Shown: one piece after another, positions 1 to 12,064 of the stretch
Numbering within the stretch: position 1 is the stretch's first letter
Layout: each line of letters opens with the position of its first letter
NCBI RefSeq assembly: GCF_030028105.1
Contig: NC_092374.1
Span: 176,538,057 to 176,602,056, forward strand
Reading direction: 5' to 3'
Length of the DNA stretch: 64,000 bases
DNA from: Mobula birostris
Lineage: Eukaryota
Made by a program: the position numbers and the translations under genes
Notes under the pieces: generated by a model
The model's database searches: none
The model's input: the letters and a program-made list of their open reading frames with translations, nothing else
Told to the model about the DNA's origin: nothing

Positions 1-414
1 GATCTCAAGCACCAGCCAATTGTGTTAATAACCAGACCACACAGTGTTGCTGAGCCTGACTGAGCAAGACACATCAGCTTCACTGACTACATGTTTTCTG
101 ATGTTCAATTTCATTCAGCATTTTGCTTTCTTGGAAATAACAACATTATTGATTATTAACAACAAACACATTGTCCAGTAGTGAGATCATTAATCAGTTT
201 ATTTTAATTCTGAACAACTACAGGAAAAAGAGTTCACACTTGAGGAGAAGAGATAGTTATGTTCCAGAGGAGATGTGGAATACCAGCCCAGGAGTTCACT
301 ACTTCATCTTCTGCTTTCCTCTTTTGTCTTCTTATATCATCTTTCCCTTTGCACTGCCATTGTTGGCTCTCTGGACCTATCCCCATTACTTCTCTCTTCT
401 AAGGGAACTTATGT

Positions 415-575
415 GCTGTTATTTAGGAAAAGCAGCAAAGACAATTCGGGAAACTACAGGCTAGTGAGTCTGACATTTGTGATTGGCAAGATGTACAAGG
501 GAATCTAAGAGGCAGGCCTACAAGTATCTGAATGGAAAAATCTCATTAATAATTGTCAGAAAAATTTTACTAGGT
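415..575 (+). mobile_element. Degenerate CR1 LINE ORF2 fragment
   Basis: Translates KSSKDNSGNYRLVSLTFVIGKM, matching the CR1 RT-proximal motif (PGNYRPVSLTSVVGK) seen in intact copies elsewhere in the window. Confidence 0.75.
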
Positions 576-1442
576 TCGGTGGGTACCTTAGTGGGATCGG
601 AGGCATTGGCTGAAGTGTTTGTTTCCTTGCTGGGTGACTCTACATCTCTCTGCATCATTATTTCCCTCTCTATGTCACCCTTACCCTTTCTCCATCAACT
701 CTGACTCTTTCAGATATACCACCAACTCTCAGTTGCCTTAGTCCTTGTTCTCCATTTGTCTGTGCTCTCTCCAGTGCAACTCGCTTCACTTTTCTCTGCT
801 CTGCTTTCTGCTTCTCCTTCTTTTTCTTGTCATCTCCTCTATCGCTTTTCCCTATGCCACTTCTCTCGACCCTTGTGACCCTTCCTTTGCTGATATTCTC
901 CTTTGGAACATTCACTTTGTCCCTTCGACCCTGTTTTGACCATGATTCAAGAAACATTGTACATTCCCCAAATTTGTGGCTTTTGGTCAGCCTGGGCATC
1001 TCAGAAAAGATCTTCCCAGTGAATTGACCCCAGATTGCACACAAGGTTTACTAATCAAACTTAGTTCATCAATAATTTTAAATTCACATATTTTGCTTCT
1101 ATTGGAGTAGGAAAGATGTTCATCATAAAGCAACATCTATCAAGATTACAGCTGTAATATACAATCACAAAAAATTAAAAATAATCAGAACAATGTTCCT
1201 TGGAATGTTACAGAATATTTCCAAATTGATTATGTAATGTTAAGAGATATGTAATTATCTTCAGGAGGAAGTGAGTGTAATAACAACAAATAACAACATC
1301 TCAAATGCCCAGAGTGCTACTTGGCAAATTAAATTAATTAGACAGGCAAAAGGAATACAGAAATGTTCACTGATTGACAAGGTTATAGACAATCTATAAT
1401 TATTTTCTGGGTATAGTAAGGCCAAGAGGATGAACATGGAAT

Positions 1443-2265
1443 ACTCACAACACGCTGGAGGAACTCAACAGGTCGGGCAGCATCTGTTGAAATGATCAGT
1501 GAACATTTCGGGCTGAAACTCTTCGTCAGGACTGAAGATGCAGGGGCAGAGGCCCTATAAAGAAGGTGGGGGGGACAGTGGGAAGGAGAAGGCTGGTAGG
1601 TTCCAGGTGAAAAACCAGTAAGGGGAAAGAAAAAGGGGTGGGGGAGGGGAAGCAGGGAGGTGACAGGCAGGAAAGGTGAAGAACGGACAGAATCTCCTGG
1701 TTGCCACCCACTTCAACTCTGCTTCCCACTCCCATTCAGTTATGTCCATACATGGCCTCCTCTACTGCCATGATGAGGCTAAACTCAGGTTGGAGGAGCA
1801 ACACCTTATATACCGTCTAGGTAGTCTCCAGCCCCTTGGTATGAACATAGAATTCTCCAACTTCTGGTAATTCCCTCCCCCTCCCTTCCTCTATCCCTAT
1901 GTCACTCTGCCCCCTCCCCTAGCTGCCTATCACCTCGCTCATGGTTCTGCCTCCTTCTACCACCCATTGTGTTTTCCCCTATTCTTTCTTCACCTTTCCT
2001 GCCTATCACCTCCCTGCCTCTCCTCCCCCAATCCTTTATCTTTCCCCTTACTGGTTTTTCACCTGGAACCTACCAGCCTTCTCCTTCCCACTCTCCCCCC
2101 ACCTTCTTTATAGGGCCACTGCCCCTTCCCTCTTCAGTCCTGACGAAGGGTTCTGGCCCAAAACGTTGACTGATCGTTTCCACGGATGCTGCCTGACCTG
2201 CTGAGTTCCTCCAGCGTTTTGTGAGTGTTGTTTTGACCCCAGCATCGTAGAGTTTTTGTGTTTAG
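1443..2265 (+). mobile_element. 5'-truncated Penelope-like element with inverted pseudo-LTR
   Basis: 1684..1870 encodes a GIY-YIG C-terminus (VATHFNSASHSHS...LEEQHLIYRLGSLQPLGMNIEFSNFW). Segment 1443..1684 is the reverse complement of 1985..2226. Confidence 0.88.
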
Positions 2266-3049
2266 GATAAACATGGAAACAGTAAGGGTGCATTGGAATC
2301 CAAACTCTGTGTGACGGCAGAAGATATACATTAGGTGACTTCATAGGACAATGATTATCATCTGTCATCACTAAAGGAAAGGACAGATTGTCGTTGGACG
2401 GCTGAGGTATGTTATAATTAAAAAAGTCATTAAATGTTGAAGAAATCATACTGATGGGCATACAGTATTCCCAGGGCTAGATGAGATATACCTAGGTTGA
2501 TATGTAATGTTACGGTGGAGAATATGGGGCCTCCGATAGAGTCTTTATCATATAAATATCCACAACTGATGTGTCAGTTTGACGAGGTACAATGAAATTT
2601 ACCCATTTATTTAAGAGGTGTATCAAAGAATAATCTGGTAATTACAAGGAAGCAATTCCAACTTGTGTAATAGGGAAGTTTTCAGAGCAAGAACCTAATT
2701 TCCCTCGGGATCAATAAAGTATGTCTATCTATCTATCTATCTAAATAGAAAAATTGAGTGACAAAATTAATGTACATTTGTATAGATAGTTATGAGTCAG
2801 TGAAATTCATAAAGTGATTGCTGAGAGGAAATTTTCATTGACAATTTTGGTAGGTTTTTTTGAAGAAATTATATTTATAAGGATCATGTGATCGGGGCCC
2901 ACATGATCCTGAAAAAAACTGAATGAAAATGGCCTTGGCAATAGAAGGCAGAAATCATGATATAGGATGGCTTTATGATTGAATCATAAGTCTTGTTGTT
3001 TACCACAGGAAACAGGGCTAGGGTCCTAACACTACTAGTTGTAAACGTT

Positions 3050-3930
3050 AATGACTTGGCTGTGAATGAGTAAATAGGATTAATAAGTTTGCAGCTGAAA
3101 TGAAAAAAATTGTTGATTGTAAGATGGTTAATCTTAAGCTCCTGTGTGGTCTGCTACATTTTGTGGGGCTGGCAGAGATATGGCAAGTTGAGTATAACCC
3201 TGTTAAGAGTGATGTTTGGGAAGACAAATATAGAGTAGGATGCACAAAATAATGCAGGGTCCTGGGGATATTGATAAAAAGATGTACCTTAATGTGGAAA
3301 TGCAAGGATTCCTGAGGTAATAACACAGATAGTGAAGAAGTCAAATGATACATTTATCTTCATTAGCTAGGTCATTGAATATAAGAACAAGTAGCTAACT
3401 GTACACTTTAAAAACATTGTCAAATAACAGTCAGAGTACTGTACCTGATTGTGCAGAGCAGAGAGAACAGTAAATTCATAAGGATATTTGCTGTGTTAGA
3501 GCATTACAATTCTGAGGAGATAGTGAATTCTATGGTTTCAATTCTCTGGAGCAGACAAGACAGTAGGGATTTTATTTAGGTGCAAAAATTCTGAGCAGCA
3601 GAGATGTGGTAAATAGCTCTAAGTTATTCTCTAAAAGAGACATCTTTAATACTACAAGGCATATGCTTCAGATAAGGGATAGGAGACTCAGAGGATATCT
3701 GAGGAAGATTTATTTTTCACCAGGAGGGTTGCTGGAGTCTGCAAAGTGCTGTCTGAGTTGGTCATGGGGAGAGAGACCCTTGAATTTAAGAAATATTTAG
3801 ATATTCTCTCGAGCCAGCAAAGATTAGAAGGTGAAAGACACTATTTGGGAAATGAGCGCAATTTACATGGTATTTAATAGCTGTAATGGACCCAATGTAC
3901 TGAACAGCCTGTTAGTCTGGTGTATGGCAT
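3050..3930 (+). mobile_element. Old, heavily mutated CR1 3' half
   Basis: Residual similarity to CR1 RT/3' sequence (e.g. aataagtttgcagctga, tcattgaatataagaacaag); many stops. Boundaries approximate. Confidence 0.6.
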
Positions 3931-6554
3931 AACTCCTTACGGACAGCTTCAGAGATATTGAACCATTTCCTCTATGGGGAGAGGCTACAGTTCTACTGGC
4001 CTTGCCACCACCGCCATCTGCTCACACTTGTCACCCTTTGAGATAAAGATACAGTTTCACTTCCAGACCAGCCAATGGCAATGATGTATTTCATGCTGCA
4101 CAGGCAGTGAGTGACCAAGTGGTAGGTCAACTACTGTTACTGAAGGTAGCTATTGCTTCTGCTCATAGCAATCACTGTTGCCCGTTCACTCTCTCTGCTT
4201 ATCATGCATTACCCAGCAACTGAATTTCATTGATCCTGTAGGGTTCCCCCAGAGGTAGACTGAGGTGTGGGTATGGAATAAACATGGATGCATCATTCAT
4301 CTCAGGGTCCAATAAGATACATCATTTCAGAATGGATGTGGCAGTATCCAATTAATGTCACAGTTTGGAAGAAGGCCATTCAGTCCATGGAGTCTTTACA
4401 AGAGCAGTGGAGCTTCTCTTGTTTTGTTTTTCAATGGTTTCCTACTGCAGTACAATTGTATCAGCTCTGAAATGAATTTATTCCAGTGGATGCTATACTG
4501 AGCTGGTACCTCACAGTAGGATATTGATATTTGGTACCTCAAAATCCCCCCTTTTATGTTGTGTTTGGAGTGCATGTGGAACAGCTGATTGGAATTTCCC
4601 TCAGTTTGGTTCTACTAAGAGAATATCTTTGGGAATTCTACCTGCATTTATTTGGTTACAGTGCCAAGGATATCAAATGTTGTATTTCCTTGGTAGTGAG
4701 TGCAGGGAGTGGAGAGGTGGGAGCTCAGTGTTGTCCTGCCTTATTTTATTGTTCCATTTTAGCGTAACGGGCAGTGCAAAGTAAAAGGTGTCCATGAGAT
4801 GAATCATCATTAAGGTGGCAATAATGTTTGAGCCTTGATGAAGCCCGTGCACTCTCTATTTCTTTAGCTGATGCTGGAGTTTTTGACTAGTTTCCTAAGT
4901 GACCTTGTGAGCATATTGGACCAATTGGGAAAACGGAACACAAGCGCAGTGGAAGTGTGGTAAAAGCCATGCAGATCTCAACTTATTCTCCCTGAAAACA
5001 AACCCAAAGTCATTAATCACATGTTTGAATGTAATGATGGAAAATGATGAAGACACTCACACTTTGGGTCACCCTTCTTCCTTTCCAGCATAAGCAAATG
5101 AGACTAATACCAGGTTCAAGAGATCGCTGTTGTGGTCAGGTTTGAATGGAGGTGATGTCTTGGTCGATGATTGAGGTGCAGCCTTATTCTTCCCAGAAAC
5201 TTTTCATGTTTATGACCTGATCTCCATGGATATTCCACTTCCACAACCTTCCCTGGCTGTGAATTTTCTGACACACTGGTGGTTGCTTCGGGGACGGATG
5301 CTTATCTTCAGTGCAGCTCTGAATAATGTTTTTTCTATTGCTCTCTTTGTTTTGTCCATGTCTGGTTTCAAGTTAGCCATCCTGTTGTGAATTGATCCAA
5401 CTTTTAATTTCTAGCATCTTCAAATTCTTGTTTCAAATTATCTAAACATAGTAGGAATTGTCTTATTTTTGTCATGCATCTTCCAAGCATTAAGCTTATC
5501 TACTTTGAATCTCTCCATTACCGTACTCATTTTAGGAATATGTCCATAAATTTACATTATACATTAGCAGCCTAACTGGCTACTGTAAACATTCCTGAGT
5601 GAAGGTGAGTGATAGGAGAATTAATCTCACAATAGAAAGTGCTGGTAAGTGCAGTTAACGTGTCGCGTCCTGACCATTAATGAGGAACTCCAATTTTATC
5701 ACATTTTGTCTGGTGTTGAGACATTGCACCCCAGTGAGTCTGAATATTCCAGTGAAGCTGCTGGATCTGAAACATGATCGGTACATTCTCTGCACAGATG
5801 CTGCCTGACCTGCTGAATGGTTTAAGCATTTCCCCTTTTTAATTTCAGATTTCAATTATCTGCAATTTATTCCTTTTCAGTTACTGCAAACCGAGTATGT
5901 TGATTGGTTTTTGACAAAGAAAGGCAACTATAAGGAATGTGGGGGAAATGGGATTAATTGTGTTGATATCAAGGCCGGCATAGTCTCAGAGGGCTGAACA
6001 GCCTCCTATATCCATTGAGAGAAGATGGAAAAGGCTTCCTTCCGATTTTCCATGCTTTCTAATTTGCTGCATTTCATATTAAGCACATCTATCCCTCACA
6101 CCAGACTATAAATTAGATACATTAGTGGTCAGGAAAAACAGGGAAAAGGGAAAAAAAATACCACCATTGGGTAGTTGTTGGAAAATATGTCTACTGACAG
6201 CATGGAGAGAGTGAGAAATGATGGCTGAGGTGGAAAGGAGTGCAGCCTCTATAGACAGAAAATGGACAACATTATTCTGATAATGATTTCTGTAACAGGT
6301 CCTAGATAGGAAGCAGGTAATTATGGAAGTAGATATTAGGAGCAGTCTATTAGTGCCTATGAATCTTCTGCATTGACTTGACCTGGGTGGTGCCAGGCAA
6401 TTAGACATCGAAGGGTAATATTGATGAAGGGAGTTGTTGGGTTAAACTCTGTTGGCATACGAAGGAAGAATATAAGTGTGAATTATAACATATTTGTTGG
6501 CTGACTGAAATATCTTCTTTCCATGTTGGAAACAGCTGAAATATTGTTCAGTTA

Positions 6555-6560
6555 TTTATT
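6555..6560 (-). promoter_or_regulatory. Candidate polyadenylation signal of the SNTX-GTPase gene
   Basis: AATAAA on the minus strand about 87 nt downstream of the stop codon at 6647..6649. Confidence 0.45.
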
Positions 6561-6646
6561 GAGAATGACCAAATTTAAATCAAAATTGAATCCCCAGGTT
6601 AGTAAAATATTCCAGGACATTTTCCCTTCTCTTTCTTCTCTTCCTC

Positions 6647-9600
6647 TCATGACTCTTCTTTTTTGGCAACTTTTTGTATTAACTTTGCCTTTTCCATTAC
6701 TGATCTCAGTGCCTCAATTCGATCCTTGAACCCAGGCTTTCTTTCTTCTTTCTCAAACTGTATCAGAAATTCAATATATTCCAAGTCAGATACTGGGCTT
6801 GGTCTTAGGGCTATTTCTCTAAGTCTTCTAATGCTCTGGGATATTTGTTCAATCAGCTTCTTCTCCTCATCCTCAACCTCAGATAACTCATGTTGAAGTT
6901 TCTTCTTGATCTTTGTCACTGTCATTTTCTCACCATAAGCTTTCTCATACTTTTTTTTTACATCATTGTATGTCCTCTTCTCTTTTTTAATTTTATCATA
7001 GAATTTGTATTGCTCATTAACGTGATTCGTATAGTTACACTTTTGAGGACAGACTTTGCAGTACCCCCACCAGTCCATTACTGTGCACATATATGCCATT
7101 ACACCATTTGCAGAGCTACAGGGACTGTGGCAAGTAAACTCACATTTCCGGCAGTTGTAATTATACGAATCTGTTTCCTTCTTTGCTCGAACTGTAGTGT
7201 CAACCTCATATTCAAAGTCCTTATTTGTTTCCAGCAATTCCTCGAATTGGTTCAGAGTTTGTGTTGTCTTCAAAAGTTCCACTGATTTGGTCACCCTGCT
7301 TTGAATTTGAAACTGCAGTCCTTCCACCATAGCCTCTAACTGCTTACGTTCCTTTAAAACTTCTTTGGTTAAACAGAGACTTTTTGCTTCCATTGTGTTC
7401 AGAACCCTAAAGAATTTCTTCATACTGCCAGCTCCCATCTTCCAGAACATTGCTTCAAAGTTATCATTGTCCTCTTCCACTTTGGATTTGGCATTGGAAC
7501 TCTCCTCATTGGCAGATTTTCCTGAGAATGGTCGCTGAGAAAATATGGCAGAATTGTTAAACTTGAAAAGTCTTGGGATCCCATTTTCATCTTTGCAACA
7601 CGGTACCTCAGATGCTTTCAAAGCCTCCAGAATAGGCGGTCGTTGTCCATCTGCGAAGGTCACCAGTATCTGAATGTTCTCTGCAATATCTTTCCCGAAA
7701 ATAGAGAGAATCGAATCAAAGATATATTTTTGTGCCTGGGTCAGGCGAGGCAAAGAAGATTGAACAACAAAGCACACTGCATCGACCTGATCAACGCCCC
7801 CTGGGGAAGTGAAAATCTCTCGAATTTGGTCAGTGATCACCTGGTCTTGGCGTATCCCTCTGGTATCTCCGAACCCAGGTGTATCTATGATGGTCAGAGC
7901 GTGATCGATTTTAAATCCAAACTGATGATGTATTTCGTAGGCTGTGACATAGGATGTCTGACTTTCAGCCTGAGATTTTCCTGTCTCTTCCAGTATTAAC
8001 TTGAACCTAAAGTTATCTCCCCATTCCACGCCCAAGATGTAGTTTATCATCCCATTGATGAGGGTTGACTTTCCTGAACCTGTTGCTCCCAGAAGCATAA
8101 TCGTCTTCATCGTGTGCTTTATGCTGGGGTTTCCCAGGCGGAATTTAACAAACTGTTTGGACTTACTGAATACCTCTTTCTGTAGCTCCAGCTTGTAAAT
8201 GGAAGGGTTTCCTTTGACAATTATATTAGATTCTTTGCATAGTTTTTGAGCGATTTTGTTTTCTACAATTTCTGTTTCACTGGACAATTTATCATGTGCT
8301 GCACTACAATCGGGTTCTGCACACTCAGCAGACACTTGAACTTCATGGCCGCCATAAGGTAATGTTCCATTCAATGAATCATCCTGGGACACCAGAGGAC
8401 TTTTAGAACCTGTGATGATACTGTTATAATCACTAGCCTTGCTGACCCCAACCTTTGTTACTGCTCTGTGTCGGAAACGATACTCCTTGTGTGGTTCTAA
8501 CCCTGCTATTGTAAACAAGTAGAATTTATCTGGTGTATCCAGAGTTGTCCATTCCTTTTGCTGAGGTCCCTTGTATTCTACCTTGTAACTCACAATCTCG
8601 GCGGCACCACATCTGGGTGGGTAAAACTGCAGTGTCACACTGTCCTGTGTTATTTCCCTAACCATTGGTCTCTCAGGCTGTGATGGAGGTTCATAGCAAC
8701 TGTTCTCTAGAAACCCTCCTTCGTACAGGTAAATAGATGCTCCTATGTTGCTGTCATCTTGCACAGCAGCAATAAGAAATTTTACATTCTCAACTGTTCT
8801 GTTTGTTGTGGCAAAGTCAAGGAATAATTGAGCTTTTTCTTTCATTTTTCTGCTTACAGCCTGTGAATGAAACCACTGCTCAACCTGTTGTGTTGCACAG
8901 GCTCCATCAGCAGGAACAGGTGTCTGTATTTTATGTGCTGTCTGAGTTTGGAGGTACTTAATTGCCTCTAATAGATAAAGATCCGCCTGATGTACTGTTG
9001 TAAATGTGAAGCAGACGACATAGTCTATTGCTGGTTCCATTAACTCTTCATTCAAATCACTCAATGATTTAACAATAGGAATGCCTTCCAATAGCCTGAG
9101 GTAAAACCTCACCACCTTCATCTCCTGTTCCTTGTCATCCAACCATCTGATTAGTGACTGGTGATTGAATGGAGAGTGCTTCATGTTCTTCAGTATATCC
9201 TGCAGTACCACTTCCTCCTTCCTACCTCCACGGATGGATGGCACAACACTTGCTAAACTTCTCTGGAAAACCATTTTGTATTCCAGACACATCTCCTGGA
9301 ATTGCAGTATCCTGTTGCAAATGTCAGGAAATAGATTGGCGACACTGTTATTCATCATATCATTGCATCTCATCACAGCATCACTAAGCTGTTCGAGGAC
9401 ACGCTGGCATTGATTGACCAAATGCACATTTATCTCTCTCACCAGTTGAGCAGCTTTTGAATCCAGATTCTTGAGAGGATGGAGCCAGACAGTAATAGGC
9501 ACTGAATTTTTTCCATCTGACCCCAGTAAGCTTGGGAGTCTCGCATAAATATTGACGGCATCTTGGAATGTAGTGGGATTGTTCTTCAGTGAGAAATCCC

Positions 9601-10125
9601 CATAAAATTTGCAGCTAAATTTCTCGACACTATGCTTTTGTTCTTTTGTCATTTCACCCTGAAATGCAAACTTGGGGAGACATTTAATCAATATCCCCAT
9701 GTTATACTCAATGTCTGGCAAGTTATCTGGTGAAGAATGTATTTGATCAAACACAAAGAAAGCTTGGGCTCCATACAACACTGCTGTAACAACATGTGTT
9801 GCAGACTCATTTTCAAAGACACTTGGGTAGGTAATATTTTGCTTTCCTAAGTGATTCATTGTCAGTTGTTCAAACCTGGTTGTTGTTTTGTACAGAAGGG
9901 CAACTCGGGCTTGTTGCTTGGATTTCTTTGCGTCATTGAGATATTTTGCAGATCCTTTCAGTTTCATTAATCCACTCAGGAAACTTGCTTTCAATGATCC
10001 TGTCATGTTGAGTGCATTGGCTTTCTCTTCTATGGAGTCTGAAGCGATGATTTCAAATTCAGTACTGGGCTGATCACTACTGTTAAGGTTTTGTTTAAGT
10101 GTCACTAAGTCCCACAAGGTGACAC
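6647..10125 (-). CDS. Coding exon 2 of SNTX/verrucotoxin-like MACPF + thioredoxin-like + FN3 + septin/AIG1-like GTPase + Cys/His cluster + coiled-coil protein (about 1188 aa with exon 1)
   Basis: Uninterrupted 1156-codon frame. Acceptor tgtag|GT GTC ACC TTG TGG at 10127/10125 completes SNTX-type IPGVTLWD. SNTX motifs HVVTAVLYGAQAFFVFD, FSCKFYGDF, PITVWLHPL, ASIYLYEGG. FN3 about 8410..8689. G1 GATGSGKS 8066..8089, G3 DTPG 7874..7885, G4-like TFAD 7649..7660. Cys/His cluster 7016..7153. Confidence 0.93.
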
Positions 10126-10221
10126 CTACAGAGCAAATCCAGAATAAAAATGCACATTAATGGCGGTAATTTGTGTAAGGTTAATCAACATTAATATTGG
10201 TTCATTGTAACCATTTTCTAT

Positions 10222-12064
10222 ACAGGTCGTGTTTTTTTTTGTAATATAATTTTTATTGAATTTTCAAAAAGAATACATGAAAAAATAGAATCTACCCTCC
10301 CCCCTCCCCTTAACCCTCCCCCCCCCATATATAGTCCTACCTAAAAACAAAGAAAGAAAAAAGAAAGAAAGAAAGAAAAGAACCGCCTGGGTATTGGAAG
10401 GTTTCCACATGCTCCATGGGATTCAAAATAAATTTGGTATAATTATTCGTTACTTTCCCCAAGTGACCAAAGTCTTTATCGGAGCACTTAAATATGCCAT
10501 CCTATCTTTTGTAAATAAGGGCGCCAAATATTCAAAAATGTTACATATTTATCTCTTAAATTATAAGTAATTTTTTTGAGTGGAATAGAACTAGCCATTT
10601 CATTATTCCAATGATCCATACTTAAATACGAATCAGATTTCCAAGTAACTGCTATAGTCTTCTTAGCTACTGCCAATGCAATTTTTATAAATTCTTTCTG
10701 ATATTTATTCAATTTAAGTTTCGGTTTTATCCCTTCAATATCACCTAATAGAAATAATACAGGGTTATGTGGAAGTTGAGTTCCAGTAATTTGTTCCAAT
10801 AAGATTCTTAAATTTATCTAAAAGGGTTGAATTTTAAAACAAGACCAAGTAGAATGTAAAAAAGTACCAATTTCTTGATTACACCGAAAACATTTATCAG
10901 ATAGATTTGAATGTAATCTATTTAGTTTTTGTGGTGTAATATATAATTGGTGTAAAAAATTATATTGTACTAATCTAGGTCGAACATTTATTGTATTTGT
11001 CATACTGTCAAGACAAAGTCTTGACCAATTTGTTTCATCAATATTAATATTCAGATCTGTTTCCCATTTTTGCTTTGACTTATGGGTTCCTTGTTTAATT
11101 GTCTGTTCTTGAATCAAATTATACATACAAGAAATAAATTTTTTAACTTTCCCTTTTCGTATTAAAATTTCAATTTCATTAGGTTTTGGCAAAAACATTG
11201 TTTGACCCAGCTTACCTTTTAAGTAAGCCCTTAATTGAAAGTAACAAAAGAAAGTATTATTAGATATTTTATATTTATCCTTTAATTGTTCAAATAACAT
11301 CAATATACCTCGTTCAAAACAATCTCCTATAAATTTAATCCCTTTTTGGTACCAATTATATAAAAGTTGATTGTCCATTGTAAAAGGAATAAGTCTGTTT
11401 TGGAACAAAGGTCTCCTTGCTAATAGAGATTTCTGTGTTTCATTATCAACATTTATCTTATTCCATAGATCAATCAAATGTGTTAATATAGGAGATTCTT
11501 TCTTTTCCCGTATCAATTTAGATTCCCATTTATATATAAAATCTTCAGGTCTATTTTCTTCTATCTTGTCTAGTTCTATTTTAATCCATGCTGGTTTTCG
11601 ATCATCGAAGAAAGATGCAATAAATCTAAGTTGATTTGCTTTATAATAGTTTTTAATGTTTGGAAGTTGTAACCCTCCTAACCCAAATTTACATGTCAAT
11701 TTTTCCAATGATATTCTTGACATTTTACCTTTCCAAAGAAATTTTCTCACACATTTATTTAACTCTTGAAAAAATTTCTGTGGCAATTGTATTGGTAATG
11801 TTTGAAACAAATACTGTAATCTAGGAAATATATTCATTTTTACAACATTGACTCTACCTACTAATGTTATTGGTAATATCATCCATTTGTCAAGATCTTC
11901 TTGAATTTTTTTCAATAGTGGTAAATAATTAAATTTATATAAATTCTTTACATCATTATCAAGTCTTATACCTAAATACTTTATACCATTTACCAGCCAT
12001 CTAAATTGGGTTACTAATCGACATTGACTATAGTCTCCTTTAGTAAGAGACAGGTCGTGTTTTT
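10222..12064 (-). mobile_element. 5'-truncated L1-clade LINE (about 1.8 kb) in the intron of the SNTX-GTPase gene
   Basis: ORF2 C-terminal half with zf-RVT-like CFRC...HSTWSC. ORFs 10818..11915 and 10488..10799 are in frame and separated by one TAG. Poly(A) at 10232..10240. TSD ACAGGTCGTGTTTTT at 10222..10236 and 12050..12064 (partly overlapping the tail). Confidence 0.93.

Noticed and set aside
670-1044. 124-aa Lys/Arg/Glu-rich minus-strand ORF
   Set aside because: Purine-rich strand with few T residues makes stop-free frames likely; TTG start, no recognisable domain, no clear splice context.
5100-5460. Coiled-coil-like peptide fragments on the minus strand (LKQEFEDARN, MANLKPDMDKTKRAIEK)
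   Set aside because: Stops and frameshifts in all frames and no family recognised; at most an unidentifiable pseudo-exon.
10115-10117. ORF-track start (TTG read as Met) of the 1156-aa protein
   Set aside because: It lies just inside a splice acceptor; the true start is the ATG at 14201 in the upstream exon.
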